From: the human T2T-CHM13v2.0 reference genome, Homo sapiens | DNA: 64,000 bases | Assembly (NCBI RefSeq): GCF_009914755.1 | Contig: NC_060947.1 | Direction: 5' to 3' (one strand) | In this document: positions 55,133-64,000 of the stretch, one piece after another | Layout of the letters: every line of letters starts with the position of its first letter | How positions within the stretch are numbered: the first letter of the stretch is position 1 | Made by a program: the position numbers and the translations under genes | Notes under the pieces: generated by a model | Seen by the model: the letters and a program-made list of their open reading frames with translations, nothing else | Told to the model about the DNA's origin: nothing | The model's database searches: none

Positions 55133-55855
55133 TATCCACATATCTTAAACACTGCATATCATAACTTATCAATCATTTTGATAAAAGGATTGATCAAAGC
55201 CTTTGTGCTCTTATTTTCTCAAGTTATTGTTGTGCTGCATTATATTAAGATGTTTTATTATTCAAATAAAGGTTTGAACATAATATTACATGTTGTTCCA
55301 TCATTTTGGGTGATTTTTTGTTGTTGTTGTTGTTGTTTTCCTGAAAATGATCTTTTGCACTTGTAACCCTTATGTGTACACAGTATGTTATTTCTCAATT
55401 CTCGGATGAGAAGAACATTAAAATAGAATTTATTGACAAATGACTTTCAATTTCCCACTTGTGAGAATAATAGGATCATGAACCTTTTTGACTGGATATG
55501 AATATAGATTAAACTGCGGTTACAGTTTTAACCAGTAGATGGAATTATGAACAATTTCTAGAAGACTTCAACTATGCATTCAATTTTAGTAAATATGGTA
55601 ACCCCTCTTTCCCTCTAAAATAGCTAATAGGGGAGCTGTTTTGTAAGAATGTTTTTGCCTCGAGGCTTTTATTTTCTTATTTCTATGAAAGAACAGCATG
55701 CTTACAGATTTACAAAATGTCTTGTAACAGACACTTGGACTCCAACATCATGTATGTGGCCAGAACAGGCCATTTTCTTCAAGTTCAGCAAAAACTTTGA
55801 TAGAGAATGTTTATTTGACTTTGGGAAAAAAAGAACATGGAGTTAGAAGTTGTGG

Positions 55856-56483
55856 TGTTGCCAGAAAAGGGGTTTTGATGTAGATCCCAGGAGAGGGTTC
55901 TTAGATCTTGTAGAGGAAGGAATTTAAGGTGAGTCACACAGCACAGTGAAAGAAGCAAGTTTATCAGAAACTATTCCATTACAGAGTAGGGTGTCCTCAG
56001 ATAGCAAGAGAAGGAACGTCCCATCTTTGTTTTAGGTTTTTCTTAGATAGGGGTCTTGTTTATGTAAAGACTAAGCTAAGCTGTGCCTACATGTGGGTGG
56101 GTGGACAGCATGACAAAATTTATTATTTTATTGATTTAAATACAACTATCCTTGGCTTCGAGGTCAACTTGAAATCTTGATTTGAAAGCCAGCAAAACAT
56201 CTGGGGTCTGCTCAATGTATGATGCTTTAACATTTTAGTGTGTAAGTACATCAAAGCATGACTATAATTATTCTGAAAGCATATATTTTTTATGGGTATG
56301 GGGACATCTAGACTTTCTGTTTTTGTAGAAGTGTGTCCTTGTAGATATGTTTAAGCTATTTCCTCAACTATAAACATCTTATGACCATGTGACTGGCAAC
56401 GAGTGTGTCTTGCTAGTTTTATGATGAAGTTGATTTTAAAATGATGTCACCCTGGCTCTCCTAGGCTTCCTGCTTCCCGAGCA
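55856..56483 (-). mobile_element. ERV1 solo LTR (MER41C/D-like)
   Basis: TGTTGCCAGAAAAGGGG...GAGAGGGTTCTTAGATCT; right end GTCACCCTGGCTCTCCTAGGCTTCCTGCTTCCCGAGCA; TSD GTGG/ATGG. Confidence 0.8.
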
Positions 56484-56594
56484 ATGGGATATGGAGAATG
56501 GTCAACATTTTAATTCTGCCTCTTCTGCTTATTAGATGGGTGGGAGCCGATGGGCCCTTTAATGGCTCTAAGTATTAAATATGTTACAAGGGGT

Positions 56595-57548
56595 ATCTCG
56601 GGGGTCCCAGAGACCACCCCCAGGTTTGGTGATTTTCTAGAAGGACTCACTGAACTCAGCATGTAGTTGTCCTCGCAGACATGATTTATCACAGCCAAAA
56701 GACCCAAAACAAAATCAACAAAGAGAAGTGGTGTATGGGTAAAAGTCTGAAGGCCACTGGGCACAAATTTCCAAGAGTCCTCTCCCTGTGGAATGAAACA
56801 GGGCGTGCTTAATCCATCCAGTGATGGCAACAAGGCCCGTGAAATGCTGGCCACTGGGGAAGCTCTCCTGAGCCTGGAAACCTGGGGTTTGTATTCAGTC
56901 TGTTTGTGTAGACACCCTCTGCTTAGGACATTCCAAAATTCCAGACTCCAGGAAGAAAAGCAGGTGTGCAGCATAAGTGATACTGTTTATATAAACAGTT
57001 TAGACAGAATGAGCCATTTTCTCCATTTTGAGAATAGTGGGAACCCTTCTGAAATCTAAGTTCCCATATGCCAGTGGATAGAAATTGAATGGTGTCCCCT
57101 TGGTCCAAATTCATATGTTGAAATGCCGATATGCGCTGTGACTGTATTTGGAAATGAGGCCTTTATGGAATTAATTAAGGAGGTTAAGTGACGCCATAGG
57201 GTAGGATCCTGATCCAATAGATAAGACTGGTGTTCTTATAAGAACAGACCTGACAGCTCTCTCTCTCTCTCTCTGTGTCAAATGAGGGCACAGAGAGAAG
57301 GGAGCCCTATTCTGCAAGCCGGGAGGAGAGAGTCACCAGGAACCAAATAGACCCAGCACCTTAATCTCAGACTTTCCAGCCCCCAGAACTGTGAAAAAAT
57401 AAATGTCTGTTATTTAAGCCAAGCAACCTATGGATTTTGTTATGGAAGCCAAGCTGACTAAGACACCAGCCAGTGGCCAATCATGCAAGCTGGCCTTGCT
57501 ATAAAGAAAACCTTCTGCAGCCTGCTAGGTTAATTCTTCTTTGCACAC
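56595..57548 (-). mobile_element. MER21A/B-like LTR, interrupted by MLT1A
   Basis: GGGGTCCCAGAGACCACCCCCAGGTTTGGTGATT...AAATTCCAGACTCCAGGAAGAAAAGCAGGTGT. Confidence 0.82.
57075..57465 (+). mobile_element. MLT1A-like MaLR LTR
   Basis: AAATTCATATGTTGAAA...CCAGAACTGTGAAAAAATAAATG...GCTGACTAAGACA. Confidence 0.85.
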
Positions 57549-57612
57549 AAGAATAATCATATCAAGTTTCCATGGCTGTAAAGGTTGGAGGAGATGATGC
57601 ATTTCTGGGGTA

Positions 57613-58735
57613 TGTTAACCAAAATTACTGACTGAGGCAAGAGTCTCACTCATTAGAGGTTTATGAAGCCAGAGCTTGAGGGTCCACCCAGGAAAAACAC
57701 CAGTGATAGAGGGTCTGTGGTCTATGAGCCCAAAGTATCTGAGACAGGTCTCAATTGATTTAGAAAGCTTATTTTGCCATGGTTATGGACACGCCTGCAA
57801 CACAGCCTCAGGAGGTCCTGACGACATGTGCCCAAGGTGGCCGGGACACAGTTTGCTTTTATACATTTTAGGGAGACATGAGACATCAATGAATATGTGT
57901 AAGATGTACATTAGTTAAGTCCAGAAAGGTGGGACAACTTTCAACAGGGCTTCCAGGTCATAGGTAGATAAGAGACAAAAAAATGTTGTATTCTTTAGAG
58001 TCCTTGATCAGCCTTTCACTGAATACATAATTTATTCTGGCTCATTGAATCTACATTTTTACTTAAGCAGTAGGGCAGAGGAAGCAATCAGATATGCATT
58101 TTTCTCAAGGGAGCCTCAGAGGGATGACAAAGGTTTTAAAAAAGCTCCATACCTCCCTCACAATTGAGGCCTCACAATTGAGGGAGGTATGTAGCTTATT
58201 AAAATCTTTGTAGCTATTCTATACAGGAATAAAATGGGAGGCAGGTTTGCTGCCTGACATAGTTCCCAGCTTGACTTTTCCATTGGCTTAGTGATTTGAG
58301 GGTCTCAAGATTTATTTTACTTTCACAGATCAGTGTTTTCCAAAGAGCTTTTCAGGATGGTTCGCATTTATACATTTTCTTAAAGGGGGACAAGAGGAAT
58401 GGGTAGAAGAATGATTGATTTCATGTTGTCTTTGTTCTGTTCCTGGGAAAATAACCGTTATCAGTGAGAAATCTAACAGACTTTAGTTTTTTAGAAGCTA
58501 GACTTAGATTGCAGACCTAAAGTTACAATTGCCATGTCCTTGTTTATGGGAGGATAGGCATCAAATCCAACAAAACATCTGGGGTCTGGCTACTGTATAA
58601 TGTTTTAACAAAAGATTGTGAAGTATCTGTTATTTTATTTGGAAAAAAGATATTGGCGTTGCCTGACTGAGGCTTCACTTTACTTTCGCCATAACAAGTT
58701 TGGGGGTCCTGAGATGTTTTTATTTTCCTTTATAG
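57613..58735 (-). mobile_element. MER4-group ERV1 LTR (subfamily uncertain), interrupted by MER4A
   Basis: TGTTAACCAAAATTACTGACTGAGGCAAGAGTCTC...; right end TTGGGGGTCCTGAGATGTTTTTATTTTCCTTTATA. Confidence 0.65.
57716..58327 (-). mobile_element. MER4A-like solo LTR
   Basis: GACAGGTCTCAATTGATTTAGAAAG...CCTCAGGAGGTCCTGACGACATGTGCCC...AGTTCCCAGCTTGACTTTTCC...TTTCACA; TSD GGTC/GATC. Confidence 0.88.
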
Positions 58736-60099
58736 ATATAATGGTTTGTTCAAATGTAGGGTGAGTACGTACGCTTGCGAACAAATCAGATGCACTCAAT
58801 TAAACAGCATGGCCACAAAGGCTTGCTGGCTTACCTGATGATATTGTCAGCACCATGAGGTCTTCTATGACTTGGTAAGGGTCTTGGGCCAGCTGAAGGG
58901 GGACATCCCTGATTATGGACCCGCAAGTGGCCTTTTCAGTGGGAGCTCTGAGCCCCAGGCTGGTTGGAGCAGCTTACACACCAGTAAGGAAAGAGATACA
59001 GAGGTATCATTAGGGAGTGGACTGACAGTGGCAGGACCCCTGACCAGGGTTTTAAATTTCCTTTTACCTACGTAGCAGCAGTGATGAACTGAGGACAATG
59101 GCTAGGATCCACACCTCCCAGGGACAGCTGTCTTGTTCACCTTCTCTTAACCTGTGTTGGTCTCAGGTCCTCAGACCAACTCCATGGTTTTAAACATTAA
59201 GGATGCAGCAAGCACCACTCATAGGATTCTGAGTTAAAATCAGAGTTGGGATGACTTGTATGAAATAGCTACCTCTTGCCCCAACACAAAGTAGAATTTC
59301 TGGTAAAACATCCGTGGAACAGACTGGAGAGAGTTTTCGACGCGCTGTCTCAAATTCAAAACCTGGGCCTTGGGTTTCAGTTTCTGAAATTCTAAAAGCT
59401 CCTCTGGAACTTGACCCAGGAGAATCTGATCAACCGTAATTCCAGAGGTGTGGGGATAATAGTGATCAGAGGGCGTCCGATGGCATACTGCCATCAGACA
59501 AATGCCATTTTATTTTTCCTGGACTTTTTCTAGTGGGTAGCATGACTCTGCAAATTTCAAAAGGGAGTAAAATCTAATACTGAGTTTCCATTTTCCATGG
59601 GGACTGAAATTCTGAACCAGGTCATAAAACCCCACTTTCAGTAAACTCTATACTCTCATTCTCATTAGTCTTCCAAGAATATTAAAAGAGATTTCAATTC
59701 AAATTCTGCAAATAGTGAGACCGAACATATTGTATGTATTACATACTTCTGACTATTAATACATCCAGGGGAGCTTCAATTTACATTTAAAAAAGCTGAA
59801 AATTCAAAAAAAGTAATAGGCTGGCTATCTACATAGCCAAATAAAAAGAAAGCTGTATGAATTGTCTATTTAATTCCAGTAAAAGGATTTTTGTTTCTCT
59901 CCCATATTTTCTTCATAAAGCTGAATTTTTTTTCTGATTTTGTTGCAGTTTCTTGCTTATTTAACTTGAGTTTTTTACCTTCCCCAAATACTAAGGTTTT
60001 GGAGCCTCTGGTGTTTAATTTCTTACTACTAATCTTATCAATATTGAATTGGATTTTGTGTTCTTATTGGGTTTGGAAGATGTAGTTCCTTCAGTTCAA

Positions 60100-60360
60100 A
60101 TATATACACACACACACACACACACGCACATATATGTGTTCAAAAAACGGAGCCTTGGGTTTTATATATTTACATATAAAATATATAAATGTTTTTATAA
60201 ACATATTATACCCACACATATATACACATACATGTATACATACACATATAGATGTGTAGATATACATGAAATATATAATATACATATAATATATAATATA
60301 TAAATTATAATGAATTAGTTAATATTATTATGTATAATATAAAATTATATATATATTATG
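60100..60360. repeat. (CA)n/(TA)n low-complexity tract
   Basis: Directly visible. Confidence 0.88.
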
Positions 60361-60886
60361 GGATAAAATGCCTGACACTGTAGCCTCTAAAAGCCCATTT
60401 AAATTTAAAAAACCATTTGAATAAACAGAAAGCTAGAAAAACAAAGTGGCTATTATAAACTCATTTAAATGTGCAGTTTAACAATGAATGAAAATATCTT
60501 GTCTCATTACAGTATTTTGTTAAAATTGGAGGGAAACTAGCATGGGATACCAAATCACAGTAATCTCAGAAATAAAATTATAAGATTAATTATTTGAATA
60601 ACAAAACTTATTTTCCATAAACATTGTGTTGATTTTGAAATATAGAATATTATTAAACAAAAAAATTGAAGTTTTTATTTTACTGGCAAATCAGGTTAAT
60701 TGCCTCAAATTACTTTGGAAGCCTCAATGTTCTTTGCTATTACTGGTGAAATATATAGGTAATGTGATTTCTAATCCCAATAAAGTCATGATAGGATGAA
60801 TAGAATAAAAGAGAATGTTTCTAATAGTATGACAAGCCAGTATGTAGTGTTCTTCTTAGATAATTTTCCAGTAGCATCACACAACC

Positions 60887-61322
60887 TGAAACTGAGCCAA
60901 TTGTCCCATAGACTGTTCTTTTTGATAAACATAGAAATTGATCCTACTGGTTTTAGCTCTTGAAACTTATATAAGTTTTATCTGAGTTCCTTCCCAGGAA
61001 AGGACCTTTAGACCTCTCAAAAAGCATCAAAGAACTGAAACTCACCAGATCACTGCATGCTGACAGTGACATGGCAGAGCCCTCATTCACCATGATTGCT
61101 TCCTTGCCCTTCCCTAGTTTCTGTTTTCCTGCACACGGTTACATTTCTTCCCAGCTGTGTAACCCCCTAGTTTTAGTCAGTCAGGGAGGTGGATTTGAGA
61201 CTGAGCCCGCATCTCCTCAGCTGCAGCACCCAATTAAAGCCTTCGTCCCTGGCAATACTCCTTGTGGCTTTCTGTGTGGCAAGCAGCAGGACCTAGACCA
61301 AACCCCTGGTGTTTCCGTAACA
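60887..61322 (+). mobile_element. MER66-like ERV1 solo LTR
   Basis: TGAAACTGAGCCAATTGTCCCATAGA...GGACCTAGACCAAACCCCTGGTGTTTCCGTAACA; TSD AACC/AATC. Confidence 0.8.
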
Positions 61323-62952
61323 AATCTAGCTGTTGGCATTAAGTAGGATCCAGGCAGGACAGCATTCATAGCCCAGTGCTGGCTTGTAACACGCTTTTCC
61401 TCATTTAATTTTCACAATGCATATTTTCTTGCTGCAGAAAGAGGAAGAGGTTTTGTTTCTCTAGGATTCTGTATTTGTGTCTTAACTCACTTTCTTTGAC
61501 TGTGTAGTTTTTGGCAGCATGGGAATGGAGCAGTTATGATCACACCCTCATCACCACTGACAAAAAATGGCAATAAATATGAAAATAATTCTATTCAATT
61601 GCCCTTTCACAATACATGCTATTTTCCTAAAGACAGAGTTCTGTTCTCAGAGGTCTGAGGTCTTTTCTCAGAAACCTAGGCTGAAACTTTTGGGGAATTA
61701 AAAAAAAAAAAAGAGAAATGGAAATATTTTTCGAAAGAACTTCGCTTCTGGATCCCCTAATGTCTTCAGATGAGCAAAGCCATCTTTTTCTCCTTTTCTT
61801 TTGAAAACAAGCTGTGATTCTCTTACTAGTCTAATGCTGACTGGTGTAGTTTTTAGTAGCTCTTCACGTTTGTGTAGTTGTGAGATAGTTCTGTTGGTCA
61901 TGGAAGACTCCTTCCCAGGAAGTCACACCATGCTCCTGTGTAGGACACAGTGTTTCACCCTTTATAAGCAGAACAGCTCCAACTGATGCTACCTTGTAGC
62001 AACCTATATCTGTAATGAAGAAATCTGGGTCCAGGAAAGGAAAGGAATGGAATTTGCTCAAGAGAAACTGTCTCCAAAGAATTAGTTTCTAACTTTCTGG
62101 ACATGTATGTTTTTCTAAATGTACAATTGGTGTCTCACGTTCAGCCAGTTCCAATTGCCTAAATGTCACATATAGGCTGGAAAAAATATGCATGTATCTG
62201 AGCAAGGCTTTTTTGCAAGACTTGCTAGAGAATTGGAAGGATGAAAAAGTAAATCTGAGTGCAGTTGTCAGCATTAAAGACACTTTGGCTTCAGGCAATG
62301 CCAGAGAATTGAGCAGGAAAGACTTGGCCTGAGACTTACCATCTTATATTGAATGTGCGTCTGGTTATTAATATGATGCCTCAGTTCTCCCAGTGACTCC
62401 AGGACCTAGGGCCAAATTTCAAAGTCAGATGGATATTTTATCAGTGACAACTTGCACAGATATAGCGGGAAATAACCGAGAAAGGCTAATTTCTAGAATT
62501 TTATAGGTGAGAAAAGGCATAAAACATTACTTTATCTATAGGCTGAAGCTCTGAACAAAAAGAAAATTTCTGGACAGCAAAAGTTTGGCAAATTGTACTC
62601 TATTTACTGGAATTTAGACACTTAGATATCAAAAGTATTACCCCCTTCCACTTTTTTTTGGAGGGGGGCAAGCTGGCTATTGCCCAAAATAAGAGAGCAT
62701 GATTTAGTGTATTACAGTTGCCTAGGCTCTTCTGAATGTGGAAACTGGATTTGAAATTTTTAATGTGTTAAAATGCTCTTTGAAACTCTCTCCAAAAAGT
62801 ATTTTCTACATCAGAAAAGTAAGCTGCACTTGGAAAAAAAAGAAAATTAGTTATAGGCTATATTATTTGGTGTATGGTAAAAGCTACAAAGTCATTATAT
62901 AGGCACTGTAAGTTTCTCTGGGTTAGAACGGCTACTTCTACTCACAGAATTA

Positions 62953-63050
62953 AAAGAAGAAGGAGAAAGAGGAAGAGGAGAAGCAGGAGGAAGAGGATGG
63001 GGAAGAGGAGGAGGAAGAGGAAAAGAAGAAGAAGAGGAGGAGGAGGAAAG
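62953..63050. repeat. (GAG/GAA)n purine-rich low complexity
   Basis: Directly visible. Confidence 0.9.
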
Positions 63051-63243
63051 AACATAGCACAAGAATATTTCACATGGAAAGAAAAATATAAGAAAACTGA
63101 ACCTTGGGGAAATTAGAAATTTATATTGAAAATTATTTCTCTTTAAATGGTCTTAATGGAAATAAAATGAAACTTCTCTTTTTAGGAAAATGGCATTTAT
63201 TATTAATGGGCAGTTTCATAGAGTTCTTTTTATATTTATTTCC

Positions 63244-64000
63244 CTTTTTAAATTATACTTTAAGTTCTGGGATACATGTGCAGAACGTGCAAGTTTGTTA
63301 CATAGGTATACACGTGCCATGGTGGTTTGCTGCACCCATCAACCCGTCATCTACGTTAGGTATTTCTCCTAATGCTATCCTGCCCTTTGCCCTCCACCCC
63401 CTGACAGGCCCCGGTGTGTGCTGTTCCCCTCTCTGTGTCCATGTGTTCTCATTGTTCAACTCCCACTTATGAGTGAGAACATGCAGTGTTTGGTTTTCTG
63501 TTCCTGTGTTACTTTGCTGAGAATGATGATTTCCAGCTTCATCCATGTCCCTGAAAAGAACATGAACTCATTCTTTTTTTATGGCTGCATAGTATTCCAT
63601 GGTGTCTATGTGCCACATTTTCTTTATCCAGTCTGTCATTAATGGGCATTTGGGTTAGTTCCTAGTCTTTGCTATTGTAAATGTGCTGCATAAACATATG
63701 TGTGCGTGTGTCTTTGTAGTAGAATGATTTATAATCCTTTGGGTATATACCCAGTAATGGGATTACTGGGTCAAATGGTATTTCTAGTTCTAGATCCTTG
63801 AGGAATCACCACACTGTCTTCCACAATGGTTGAACTAATTTACACTCCCACAGTGTAAAAGCTTCTTATTTCTCCACATCCTCTCCAGCATCTGTTGATT
63901 CCTGACTTTTTAATGATCGCCATTCTAACTGACATGAGATGATATCTCATTGTGGTTTTGATTTGCATTTCTCTAATGACCAGTGATGATGAGCTTTTTT
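63244..64000 (-). mobile_element. L1PA7-like 3' end, continuing beyond the window
   Basis: TTATACTTTAAGTTCTGGGATACATGTGCAGAACGTGC...CCCATCAACCCGTCATCTAC. Confidence 0.95.

Noticed and set aside
62874-63116. Arg/Lys-rich protamine-like ORF
   Set aside because: Encoded by (GAG/GAA)n low complexity; no gene structure.

Overview
Primate (most likely human) nuclear DNA, AT-rich and repeat-dominated. I find no credible protein-coding exon, RNA gene, CpG island or CRISPR array. The supplied ORFs derive from Alu, L1, LTR or low-complexity sequence, or are short and unsupported. The window is a layered record of transposons: about 11 Alus (J, S and one young AluY), many 5'-truncated L1s (several with twin-priming inversions), numerous MaLR/ERV LTRs (many with intact target-site duplications, including an HML-6-type LTR3B), two degraded ERVL-class internal segments with RT (YIDD), integrase and dUTPase traces, and hAT MITEs. 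The most striking non-TE features are a ~3.3 kb multi-domain AT-rich minisatellite with built-in palindromes, a ~0.8 kb GATA/TATC tract, a ~300 bp polypyrimidine tract grown from an Alu tail, an 85-bp near-palindrome inside a MER4 LTR and a 48-bp segment shared by two different LTRs. Repeat subfamily names come from recalled consensus sequences and need RepeatMasker/Dfam confirmation; boundaries are approximate unless TSDs are quoted. I see no convincing novel biological system; the findings concern structure and mutational history.
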